From contig CBDANF010000003.1 of assembly GCA_965197475.1 (NCBI GenBank), forward strand, positions 3,648,001 to 3,712,000: a stretch of 64,000 nucleotides of DNA, written 5' to 3'. The translations under genes were made by a program, and so were the position numbers. The first letter of the stretch is position 1; each line of letters begins with the position of its first letter. Source of the DNA: Candidatus Poribacteria bacterium (GTDB lineage Bacteria; Poribacteria; WGA-4E; WGA-3G). Under the pieces are notes generated by a model, which saw nothing but the letters and a program-made list of their open reading frames with translations, had not been told where the DNA came from and searched no databases. This document shows, in pieces, positions 18,356-27,446 of this stretch.

Positions 18356-20524
18356 CTACTCAACCGACACGTAGTCAGATAAATAATCCGGATCGCCCCA
18401 CGCATCACCATTCCACGGATACACACGCGCAGTGATCTTATAGCTGCCACTCGCAGCGTCAGTAGGGAACGTGTAAGGCAACGTTAATGATGTTGCCGTG
18501 GTGCTGCCAGAGAACCATCCGATTGTTGTGCCATAGGTACTTGTATCACCCGGCGTACGCACAAACAGATGCGCCCCATAAATAGGTAACTCACATGTGA
18601 CAACCGGAGACAAAGAATCACCCGCACTATAGCTGCTTGAACCGACGACGGACAAACTGGGAGCAAAACTCAGCACAGGTGTCGGACTTGACACCGTCAC
18701 GTAGTCGGATAAATAATCTGGATCGCCATACGTACTCCCCTCCCACGGATACACACGCGCCGTAATCTTATACTCGCCACCTGGAGCGGTATCGGGGAAC
18801 GTGTAAGGCAGCGTCAATGTCGTTGTGGTGGTGGTGCCAGGGAACCATCCTATTTGTGTGCCATAGGTGCTTAAGTCCCCCGGCGTACGCACGAACAGAT
18901 GCGCCCCATAAATAGGTGCCTCACAGGTGACAACAGCAGATAAAGCATCACCCGGAAGATAGCTGTCCGAGGTGATAGATAAAGTGGGAGCAAAACTCGG
19001 CGCAGCTGGACAGATACACCACCGATGCCCACACAGTCCATTGGTATTGAAATCTGAAGGGGATCCACACGTGCCGGTGTCCGTGCAGTAGTCATTGACA
19101 GCATTGTAATCGCATCCATGATCAAGACTGATGCCGGTGTTCGTACTTATGGGATTGACAACATTGTTCTCATCTTCTTCCTCGTTAACAACTACAGGTT
19201 CCGCGTCAATGCCAGGCATTGGCGCGAAGTGTGGACGCGTCGTGGCATAATCTTCCAAATGATGTGTATAATATTTGTCTCGCGGCGTGTCAATCAAAAA
19301 CCACATGTAGCAGTCCCTCTCCTTCTCATCCTCCGCATTTTCTCCATCATCTTCATCTTCGTCATCATCTGTAGGACAATGCCCCAGATTGACACAGTGG
19401 CCTATCTCGTGTGCCAATATATTCGGTATCAAAGCCTCTTTGTCATCTGCAAAATGCGTATCCAATGTTGTTGTATAGACGATTGCCTCTGACTGATAAC
19501 TAGGTGCCGCTTTAGAAGAGGCATAACCTAATTTAAACCTATTGTTAGCTGATGGGATTATGTCGGCACTTGTTATAACATCAATCGCCCAGACCTGTTT
19601 ATACCCTTCCAAGTCTTCATTGTTGTAGTTGACATAACGACTGTCATCAGCGTCATCACCTTCCTTTGGCCCATCGGGATTTCTGACGCATTCCGATGAG
19701 AGGATATGACACGAGTGTTTTGGGAGATCATTTGCATTGCCACACCCATCTTCAGCAAGACTATCTTCTATAATCGCGAAAAAATCTTTTTGCGATGGAG
19801 AACACCGGAAGTGATGTATATCAATGACATTGTCCTCTTCATCTCTCGTCAACTTTTCAGAAAAACCGCGATATTCTGCGATTATAGAAAGTCCGTCTCC
19901 CTTATATCGATTGTTATCGGCATCCACACGCTCCGCATCTTTCGTAATATCTGCTTTTTGCGCAGCGTTGCAATTCGTATCTTCCCAAGCATCCGCAATC
20001 TTGTTTTTAGGGGTGGTATCTCGCGGTATGCGTAGTGCTTTTGTATCATCCTTTATTGAACTTGATGTGGAAACATCCAAGATACCAAAAGCAGCGGTAT
20101 CAAAACAACTGACAGCGAGTAAATAGTAGAACGTCTTTACATTCCCATCGTTCTCTGGTGGAATCCATATCTCGAATTGCCCGTTTTCTTCATCCCAATC
20201 TGTTCGCCTTTCTTCTGAACTGGTATCGGGTTTTTGCGCGGACAATAACAACTGAAGATCAGCATCCATGTTATCCCCGTAGTTTCCACAGACACCTTGA
20301 TAGATTGATACATCCGAAAGACCCGCATAAAGCCATCCACCAGAGAAATGGGGTGTAACTGTTACGTCTATATATATCGCAACATCAGACTTCCATTCCG
20401 GCAGCCAACTTGGATCGGCTTGTTCAAGTTTGCTGATAGTAACTTTCCCAACGTTTGAGATACCTGTACTACCGAAAAACAGAAGAAAAATGAGTAAACT
20501 GATGACAAAAAACGTGTTCTTCAT
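18356..20524 (-). CDS. Secreted zinc metalloprotease-like protein with Cys-rich segment and two duplicated C-terminal Ig-like domains
   Basis: RBS AAGGAG, signal peptide MKNTFF.., AHEIGHCVNLGHC and a downstream CYM; two ~110-aa repeats (SFAP.LS..PIYGAHLFVRTPGD..YKITARVYPW). Confidence 0.75.
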   Translation of the reverse strand: MKNTFFVISLLIFLLFFGSTGISNVGKVTISKLEQADPSWLPEWKSDVAIYIDVTVTPHFSGGWLYAGLSDVSIYQGVCGNYGDNMDADLQLLLSAQKPDTSSEERRTDWDEENGQFEIWIPPENDGNVKTFYYLLAVSCFDTAAFGILDVSTSSSIKDDTKALRIPRDTTPKNKIADAWEDTNCNAAQKADITKDAERVDADNNRYKGDGLSIIAEYRGFSEKLTRDEEDNVIDIHHFRCSPSQKDFFAIIEDSLAEDGCGNANDLPKHSCHILSSECVRNPDGPKEGDDADDSRYVNYNNEDLEGYKQVWAIDVITSADIIPSANNRFKLGYASSKAAPSYQSEAIVYTTTLDTHFADDKEALIPNILAHEIGHCVNLGHCPTDDDEDEDDGENAEDEKERDCYMWFLIDTPRDKYYTHHLEDYATTRPHFAPMPGIDAEPVVVNEEEDENNVVNPISTNTGISLDHGCDYNAVNDYCTDTGTCGSPSDFNTNGLCGHRWCICPAAPSFAPTLSITSDSYLPGDALSAVVTCEAPIYGAHLFVRTPGDLSTYGTQIGWFPGTTTTTTLTLPYTFPDTAPGGEYKITARVYPWEGSTYGDPDYLSDYVTVSSPTPVLSFAPSLSVVGSSSYSAGDSLSPVVTCELPIYGAHLFVRTPGDTSTYGTTIGWFSGSTTATSLTLPYTFPTDAASGSYKITARVYPWNGDAWGDPDYLSDYVSVE

Positions 20525-20540
20525 AATAGTCTCCTTATCT

Positions 20541-22091
20541 TCACTTTTTAGGGCGTTTTGCTTCAAGAAGCCGCTGCACCTGTGCGGCGACATCTGGGTC
20601 ATTTTTTTGAAGATGTTTTATCCCCTCTTTGGCACCGTAGCGTTCCATCGTTTCAAAAGCTCGGATGATACGTTCGAGGTCAAACTGTGCTTCCCCACCT
20701 TTTAGATATATCTCCATCTCCTTCATCAGGAAGTTATTCGTATCAATAGGAGATGCAGCGTTTTCAATGCTTTCCACCCATTCAAAAAAATCGTTGAATT
20801 CCTTGTTGCGTGTTATTTCTTCAAGTTTCTTGAATTCCTCGCGTGCCTTTTTGGCAGCTGCTGCCCTTGTGGCCTCAGGATCCACCGTGTCCTGTTTTAG
20901 TGGCAGCGACGGGGAGTCATCAGACCAGTGGGGGGTGTCCTCAGGGAACGTTTCGGGGATTGAGGTGCTGTTGTCCACATCAAATGGATTCCCCATATCG
21001 TGGGGCACACTGACATCGAATTTCTCCTCCGCAATTGGGAGAATATAAGGCGTGCCAGCTTCAATCGCTTTAATATGAGATTTAGGCTTCCAATGCCCCG
21101 TCTTCTTATACGCACGCTTGTGGTAAACCCAAGCTGTCTTGTAGTCACCTATACGTTCATACGCTTCACCTAATATATGATTGCTCATCACGGGATAGTC
21201 CCCATGCGGCTCATCCAACTTCGCTGCCAACTTGAGATACGGGATCGCCTCCTCCGGTTGGTCTCTCCACAGGCGATTCCCTAAATGAACGTAGATGTGA
21301 CGCCGCACGGGGATCGCTTCTTCAAGCACTGAATGGACAATATGCTGCGAATACGGATCCCTCTGTAGCAACTCACGATACAGGGAGACCGCACGGGAAG
21401 CGTCTTGATCGGTATCCGCAAGAAACAACTTCGCCTCAAAGTGCTCAGGACTATCCGAAGCTGTTTCCGAAAGAACTCGTTCAGCATGGGCGCGAAGGAG
21501 ATCGTACGATCTTGTATTTGGATGGAACGTAATTTGTTCGTGCACCACTTTCAGATGTTTAAAAGCACTCACGGTATCTAGGCGCGCTAAGAGTGCCGGA
21601 CTATAGTTGCCATGTTTTTCATAAAAACGGACCGCAGACTCCATGTCCATATCGCCTACTGTCAGTTGAAGCACTTTCTCAGAATATTCTTCTCGCGTTA
21701 TTTCATCAGCTTCCATCATTTTACGCCACTCACGCTTCTGTTTCAGTTGTCCGACTGTATACAGGATAGGCTGGGGACTGATAACACCACAGCCGAGCCG
21801 GCTCATTATACTCTCCTTACGAACAGGGGTAGGTACGGGAGATGTTTTGTGCCACACCCCGTTGCGCCAATGTCCGCTTTCTGTGGTTTCGCCAGGTGGA
21901 GGTGGTTTAACTCCTCGTTTTGAGGATTGTGATACACGGGGTCCCTGCTGATTCGGTTCCGCAGAGGGGGTGTGCTGCGCGGTTTCTGTGTCCTGTTGTG
22001 GTTTCCCACGTTGTATCAAAATCACCGTGCTAATACCGATACCGATAAGGATACCGAGTATCCAATACGCGTTGTTTCTAAAGAATCTCAT
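20541..22091 (-). CDS. N-terminally anchored TPR-like protein (paralog A)
   Basis: TM helix, PPPPGET..GHW..WHK motif, TPR-like helices (LGEAYERIGDYKTAW). Confidence 0.8.
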   Translation of the reverse strand: MRFFRNNAYWILGILIGIGISTVILIQRGKPQQDTETAQHTPSAEPNQQGPRVSQSSKRGVKPPPPGETTESGHWRNGVWHKTSPVPTPVRKESIMSRLGCGVISPQPILYTVGQLKQKREWRKMMEADEITREEYSEKVLQLTVGDMDMESAVRFYEKHGNYSPALLARLDTVSAFKHLKVVHEQITFHPNTRSYDLLRAHAERVLSETASDSPEHFEAKLFLADTDQDASRAVSLYRELLQRDPYSQHIVHSVLEEAIPVRRHIYVHLGNRLWRDQPEEAIPYLKLAAKLDEPHGDYPVMSNHILGEAYERIGDYKTAWVYHKRAYKKTGHWKPKSHIKAIEAGTPYILPIAEEKFDVSVPHDMGNPFDVDNSTSIPETFPEDTPHWSDDSPSLPLKQDTVDPEATRAAAAKKAREEFKKLEEITRNKEFNDFFEWVESIENAASPIDTNNFLMKEMEIYLKGGEAQFDLERIIRAFETMERYGAKEGIKHLQKNDPDVAAQVQRLLEAKRPKK

Positions 22092-22415
22092 GTCCGTTCC
22101 TCCTCTATTTCCCTGCTTCGCGCGTGCAAGGCGGTCCGATTGATTTTGGACAAGGCGTTTCCTGTTTTTCCAATATGATACTGTCAGATCGGGGTTGTTC
22201 TATGCAGTCAAGTTTATCCATCTGTGTTGCGCGTGTCATTTTAATAGCACCGGTCAGAATAACCCCGCTAATCAAAATGAGAACTACTGCAGTGATGAGT
22301 CTCCGCCTGTTTTTCCGGTATGCAGCCATGGCTGCCACGTCAACTTTTGTAGTTAATAACTTCGTTTTCACAATTGTATATCCTCCATTAAAATATGTCA
22401 AGCCAAATTAACGTA
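22009..22415. repeat. Direct repeat, copy 1 (copy 2 at 23920-24326)
   Basis: Near-identical ~407 bp at offset 1911. Confidence 0.95.
22105..22371 (-). CDS. Small single-TM protein (copy A)
   Basis: GTG start after RBS GGAGGA; basic N-region, TM helix, Cys-containing C-terminus. Confidence 0.7.
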   Translation of the reverse strand: MKTKLLTTKVDVAAMAAYRKNRRRLITAVVLILISGVILTGAIKMTRATQMDKLDCIEQPRSDSIILEKQETPCPKSIGPPCTREAGK

Positions 22416-22504
22416 ATGAGTTTTCCCTCCGAAATGCAGGGTATGCCAAGAAGTACACAGCAGAGGCAGAATATGCTGACAAAAAGGAATGTTCTGTTTT
22501 TCAT
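22388..22504 (-). pseudogene. Signal-peptide-only stub of a cargo gene
   Basis: RBS AAGGAG followed by MKNRTFLFVSIFCLCCVLLGIPCISEGKLI, which then runs into the repeat boundary at 22415. Confidence 0.7.
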
Positions 22505-22517
22505 AAAAGTGTCTCCT

Positions 22518-24002
22518 TTACTTTTTTGGGTGCGGTAGACGTTTTTCAGCGAGGAGGCGTTGCACCTGCTTCGCGACCTCGGGATCGTTCTTCTGGAGAT
22601 GTTTTATTCCTTCTTCAGAACCGTAGCGTTCTAAGGTCTCAAAGGCACGGACAATACGGTCCGGTTCAAATTGGGCTTGCCCACCTTTGAGGAAGGCCTC
22701 CATCTCCTTCATTAGAAAGTTATTGGAATCCATAGGCGTATCTGCGTTCATGATTGTTTCTGCCCATTGCAGAAAATCGTTGAGCTCCTTTTGTAAGAGT
22801 TCTTGATTTTTCAGGAACTCTTCGTGTGCCTGTTTTGCGGCGGCAGCTGCGCGATCACGGTCGGAGTCTACTGTCTTGTGTTCAGATCCAAACTGAGGTG
22901 AGGTTTCTTTGAACCACGCGGTATCATCACGCGATGTTTCTGAGACAGTGCCAGTGTCTTGTGGAAAAGCATCTTGCACCTCAGGCAGTTTGCCGGTGTT
23001 TTCAAGGCGTTTTTCTTTAAGCTGGGGCAACGGTTGAATCCTGGGTCTTCCAGCTTCAATTGCTTCAATATAACCATCTAAAAGCGGACCATGCAGATAG
23101 GTTTGTGCCTTCTTAAGATATACCCAAGCAGTTTTGTAGTCCCCTAATCGCTGATATGCTCTTCCTAACGCAGCAAGTCCTGCTGAGGGGTCCATGCGGT
23201 TTGCACGCTTCAGGTGGTAAATTGCCTCTACCGGATGATCCATAGCGAGGTTAACCCCCAAACCGGTTAAGGCACCGATTGAATCCGGGAAGTCTCTCAG
23301 TATTTCTCGGAACTCCGCTGCTGACCGTGCATCGTCTGGACCTCTGTAGACGAGGTAAAGACGCCCTTCAAGGAAATCGGGGTTTTCATCTATGGCACGT
23401 TGCGCATATTCACGGGCACGTTCTCTAACATACGATCCCGACGGAAAAGTCCTAAGTACTTTAAAGGCACTTGCGGTATCCAGTCCTTCTGTCAAAATGT
23501 TAATCACTTCTTGACGTTTTCCTAAAATCCATGCTTCCAGACTTACGTCAACGTCGGGGACGATAGACATCTCCTCTCCAATTTGGTGAATAAGATCTAT
23601 TTTTTCTTGTGGGACACCAAGTTCTGACATAATCTCTGTGGAAGTTCTTCTCTCGTAGTCAGGTCTATGTGGATGGTGTTTCCATTGCTTTAGTGTTGGG
23701 AGGTCCGTATCCGTTTTTGATGGAGAACGGGTTGTTTTTAGAACCGCCCTTGGGGGTTTTCTCTTTGCAGGAGCGGCATACGATGTTTTGTGCCAATGGT
23801 CACCATGCCAATAACCCGTTTCCTCTGTCTCTCCGGGCGGTGGGGGTTTTTTCGCATCCGGTGTGTGATCGGCAATATCAGGTATGTTTTGGACAGCTTC
23901 CACCACCTGTTGTTGTCCGCGTTGTACCAAAATCACGGTGCTAATACCGATACCGATAAGGATACCGAGTATCCAATACGCGTTGTTTCTAAAAAATTTC
24001 AT
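22518..24002 (-). CDS. N-terminally anchored TPR-like protein (paralog B)
   Basis: Start MKFFRNNAYW after GAGGAGG; termini conserved with paralog A. Confidence 0.8.
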   Translation of the reverse strand: MKFFRNNAYWILGILIGIGISTVILVQRGQQQVVEAVQNIPDIADHTPDAKKPPPPGETEETGYWHGDHWHKTSYAAPAKRKPPRAVLKTTRSPSKTDTDLPTLKQWKHHPHRPDYERRTSTEIMSELGVPQEKIDLIHQIGEEMSIVPDVDVSLEAWILGKRQEVINILTEGLDTASAFKVLRTFPSGSYVRERAREYAQRAIDENPDFLEGRLYLVYRGPDDARSAAEFREILRDFPDSIGALTGLGVNLAMDHPVEAIYHLKRANRMDPSAGLAALGRAYQRLGDYKTAWVYLKKAQTYLHGPLLDGYIEAIEAGRPRIQPLPQLKEKRLENTGKLPEVQDAFPQDTGTVSETSRDDTAWFKETSPQFGSEHKTVDSDRDRAAAAAKQAHEEFLKNQELLQKELNDFLQWAETIMNADTPMDSNNFLMKEMEAFLKGGQAQFEPDRIVRAFETLERYGSEEGIKHLQKNDPEVAKQVQRLLAEKRLPHPKK

Positions 24003-24326
24003 GTCCGTTCCTCCTCTATTTCCCTGCTTCGCGCGTGCAAGGCGGTCCGATTGATTTTGGACAAGGCGTTTCCTGTTTTTCCAATATAATACTGTCAGAT
24101 CGGGGTTGTTCTGTGCAGTCAAGTTTATCCATCTGTGTTGCGCGTGTCATTTTAATAGCACCAGACAGAATAACCCCGCTAATCAAAATGAGAACTACTG
24201 CAGTGATGAGTCTCTGCCTGTTTTTCCGGTATGCAGCCATGGCTGCCACGTCAACTTTTGTAGTTAATAACTTCGTTTTCACAATTGTATATCCTCCATT
24301 AAAATATGTCAAGCCAAATTAACGTA
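23920..24326. repeat. Direct repeat, copy 2
   Basis: Matches 22009-22415. Confidence 0.95.
24016..24282 (-). CDS. Small single-TM protein (copy B)
   Basis: Near-identical to 22105-22371. Confidence 0.7.
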   Translation of the reverse strand: MKTKLLTTKVDVAAMAAYRKNRQRLITAVVLILISGVILSGAIKMTRATQMDKLDCTEQPRSDSIILEKQETPCPKSIGPPCTREAGK

Positions 24327-24551
24327 CAGCAAATGCAACAACAAAAGCCCGCGACGAGACACTCCGTGTGAAACAGCGCGCGCGTGCGGGCGCGAAAATA
24401 TCGCAGCTGCTAACATCTGCGATAAGACTTTGTGAAGTAATAAAATTAACGAACGTGAAGTGGAGGGGGGGTATTAACTTATAGTTAAAATTCGCCAACC
24501 GACGTATGCTGCGTGAGCAAATCCTGCTCAGGTGGTAGGCATCCAGCGTGG

Positions 24552-24590
24552 TCACTTTCTGATTGTGGTATTCATATCTCGGTTTTTCAT
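24552..24590 (-). other. Short leader ORF MKNRDMNTTIRK, overlapping (GTGA) a 78-codon ORF at 24319-24555
   Basis: AAAGGGG RBS-like sequence before the ATG; lies in the 5' region of the cassette operon. Confidence 0.4.
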
Positions 24591-24818
24591 TGTTAAATCC
24601 CCTTTTTGCAAAATAGGTTAATGCGGTGCAACTTTATGTTAGACGCGCATAATTTCCATATTCACCCAATTCAACGTTATATATTGCAAGCTAGGTTACA
24701 GAAAATTTCAACTTTTTTCTAAAAATTCGCAAAAATTTAGATATTTACACCAATTTTCCCATGAAAATACTCGTAAGACTCGGGTTTGCCAATTTTCCAT
24801 TGTAGAAAACATGGGTGT

Positions 24819-25691
24819 TTAACGAAGTCTCCGATCAGCTAACTTGATGACCTGTCCGCTTTCCTGTGCAATATACATATAACCGAGTCCATCTAATGTT
24901 ACACCTTCTTGGTCATCCCCTGGCAATAGATAGCGATGGAGGAGAGTGCCATCTCGTTTGAGTTCGACCAAAAGGTTTGTTGTATCACTAATTAACACAA
25001 GAAAATCTGCTTGTGTATCGTAGGCAAGTCCAGAAATATCAATAAAATCCATCTCAAAAAAACGGATGATAGTCCCTTCCGCTACTTCTGTTTCAGGGGC
25101 ACTAAGCGGCACGACCACTTCACATACAACTGAAGGTTCACCGCTCGGTTTGAGATTAGCGGATTGATTACCGATCCAGAAAGTACCGCCTTCCGGATGT
25201 GAAAGGTCTGGGACAAATGCGATCGCTTCCATTCCCATGCCGCCCTTTTTCAAGAGTGTTTTGCCTTCAAAAGAACGGTTGATTTTATATTCCCGTTGAA
25301 CCGTGAGTGTCTGTGGATTAATTTCCAAGATGGCTTCATCATCTTCAACAGCAGCATAAAGCTGTCCGGTTGTAGGGTTAGTCGTAATTCCTTCAAGGTC
25401 ACGCCCTTGAAGATCCTTTGTTTGAACAACTTTTCCATCGGTGCAGATTTCATGGATATATCCTTCATCGTCTACAACGAACAGAGTCCGTCGTATTGGA
25501 TGATAGGTTACACCGGAAGGTTCCGCAATTGGTGCTTCGCTAATATTGCCTACCCACGTATACGGAAGTTCAATTGGTATAGAGGCAGCTCTTTTTTTCT
25601 TCTCTGAGTCCTCCATCTTAATGAGAAAGTAGACCATGAAAGCACTAACACCCAGAAAGCCGATCAGGACAAGAATTTTGTTATAGCGCAT
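24819..25691 (-). CDS. SdiA-regulated/YjiK-like beta-propeller protein
   Basis: N-terminal TM helix; EPSGVTY, DLEGIT, GMEAIA, DISGLAY and QEGVTLD repeats. Confidence 0.8.
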   Translation of the reverse strand: MRYNKILVLIGFLGVSAFMVYFLIKMEDSEKKKRAASIPIELPYTWVGNISEAPIAEPSGVTYHPIRRTLFVVDDEGYIHEICTDGKVVQTKDLQGRDLEGITTNPTTGQLYAAVEDDEAILEINPQTLTVQREYKINRSFEGKTLLKKGGMGMEAIAFVPDLSHPEGGTFWIGNQSANLKPSGEPSVVCEVVVPLSAPETEVAEGTIIRFFEMDFIDISGLAYDTQADFLVLISDTTNLLVELKRDGTLLHRYLLPGDDQEGVTLDGLGYMYIAQESGQVIKLADRRLR

Positions 25692-25902
25692 CGGTGTTAT
25701 CCCAAGTCTTTGAGCAGAAAATCTGTCAAAATATGTATAGGAGCAAGTTACAAGCCAAGTGTTTGTCAAGTATAAGACGGACGAAAAATAAAAACCTTTC
25801 TGATAATTGTGAAAGCACTTTTTAATGAACATTATGTTTGCAAAAAACTACCATATTTTTTATAGGATGTCAAGTGCAAAATGACACTAGTTTTCTTTTT
25901 CC

Positions 25903-25931
25903 TTGACAAACCTTTAATTCAATGATATAAT
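25903..25931 (+). promoter_or_regulatory. Consensus sigma70 promoter
   Basis: TTGACA-17 nt-TATAAT with TGn. Confidence 0.75.
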
Positions 25932-25991
25932 AAATTATTAAACCAGCATACAATATATAATATATAATGACCTTCAGCGAAGGGCAAAAAA

Positions 25992-27407
25992 ATGGCGAAC
26001 ATGTCAAGGTTAGTCGTTGAAGTCTTTGAACACGTCAATTATCAAGGACGCAAGATAACCCTCATAGAATCCATCCCAAATACTGGTGAGATAGGTGCCC
26101 AAGACGTTATCTCTTCTATTAAGATATACAAGGGACCTGGCTTCAGCGCATCTCTTAACTACAAAGCAATTTTTCATGAGCATGCAAATTTTCAAGGAAG
26201 ACGATTGGTCTTAGCACCAGGATTCTACCCGAACATCCATGAAATACCTTACAATTTCGGTGATGCGATTACCTCAATAAGTTTTAGTCCAGCCGCACAT
26301 CCGACACCACCGGAGTATGGTGCAGTTCCTGTTATCATAGAGGTGTTTCGAGATATAGATTTCAGTGGTCAGCGAAGCGTTATCATGCGTGATGTCAGTT
26401 CAATGTTTGAAATCGGTATGAATGATATGATCTCTTCTGTCCGTATTCAGCGCGGTCCGAGTTTCCCCTTCAGTGGGTGTCATATCATCTTTTACGAACA
26501 TGTGAATTTCGAAGGGCGTAGGATAAACATAGACTTGAACTCTCGTGAATTTCAGAAGTCAATCAGGAATCTTCGCTCCCTACCCCATTCACAATCGTTT
26601 TCTGATATTATGTCCTCCATAAAGATAGTGCCGTTAGGAGTCTTTCGCGTGCTAATCGTTGTTGGTGATAATCTAACAGGTGAACCTGCCGTTTTAGAAT
26701 CTTTTACTACGCTTGAAGGTTTAGAATTTCAATATACAACAGTCCATATTAACGATAATCCCGACAACCGAGGTGATCCAAAGAATGCTGTCAAACTTTC
26801 CCACATTTCCCTCTTTGATTACGACATCATTTGGTTCACTTGGTTTGCCACCGGGCATGACGGAGAGTATTTCGTTGAAGATGCTGATGATGACATCAGA
26901 GACTTCGTCAGGAAAGGCGGTATCGTGTGGACATCCGCTATGGATAACAATATCGTGCCTCCCGATGGTGTCCATGCATCTGAACCTGCATGGCGTGGGG
27001 ACTGGCTACCTGTAAATCGTCATCCTATTGATGTTGTTGGAGCTGAAGATTCCAACGTAACTATTACCGAGGATGGACAAAAAACAGGTATGTTTACTTG
27101 GCCCCATAAGATCAACGTTGATAATTTGGTGACGGACGACCATTGGGTTACCAATGACCCAAGTTACCGCAAGTTGGTAGTCAGAGAAGATAATGGCACC
27201 CCCATCAGCATCCAGTTGCAGTGGGGTGAGGGATACTACGTTGGCTTTGCCGTAGATACGCGAGATGCCCATCGCACGGCGGTCGCCAAACCTTTGATTG
27301 AAAATACCCTCTGTTATTTAGCAAGCCTTGCTTGGCAAACCTCTCCACGCCAACCACTCAAGGGACGTTATAGGACAAACCAAAGCGGTGACATAATCTT
27401 CCAATAG
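25992..27407 (+). CDS. Beta/gamma-crystallin domain protein with C-terminal alpha/beta (GATase/ThuA-like) domain
   Basis: Four Greek-key motifs (FEHVNYQG..D.ISSI, FHEHANFQG..DAITSI, FRDIDFSG..DMISSV, YEHVNFEG..DIMSSI); no signal peptide. Confidence 0.75.
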   Translation: MANMSRLVVEVFEHVNYQGRKITLIESIPNTGEIGAQDVISSIKIYKGPGFSASLNYKAIFHEHANFQGRRLVLAPGFYPNIHEIPYNFGDAITSISFSPAAHPTPPEYGAVPVIIEVFRDIDFSGQRSVIMRDVSSMFEIGMNDMISSVRIQRGPSFPFSGCHIIFYEHVNFEGRRINIDLNSREFQKSIRNLRSLPHSQSFSDIMSSIKIVPLGVFRVLIVVGDNLTGEPAVLESFTTLEGLEFQYTTVHINDNPDNRGDPKNAVKLSHISLFDYDIIWFTWFATGHDGEYFVEDADDDIRDFVRKGGIVWTSAMDNNIVPPDGVHASEPAWRGDWLPVNRHPIDVVGAEDSNVTITEDGQKTGMFTWPHKINVDNLVTDDHWVTNDPSYRKLVVREDNGTPISIQLQWGEGYYVGFAVDTRDAHRTAVAKPLIENTLCYLASLAWQTSPRQPLKGRYRTNQSGDIIFQ

Positions 27408-27446
27408 AAACAATTTCTGAAAGTGATGTTATATTTATAGGAGAAA

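Noticed and set aside
24003-24122. N-terminal extension of ORF 22518..24122 (and 20525-20602, 44347-44373, 59342-59371, 61602-61631)
   Set aside because: RBS-supported downstream starts match the paralogs and give proper signal or anchor sequences; several extensions also overlap upstream genes.
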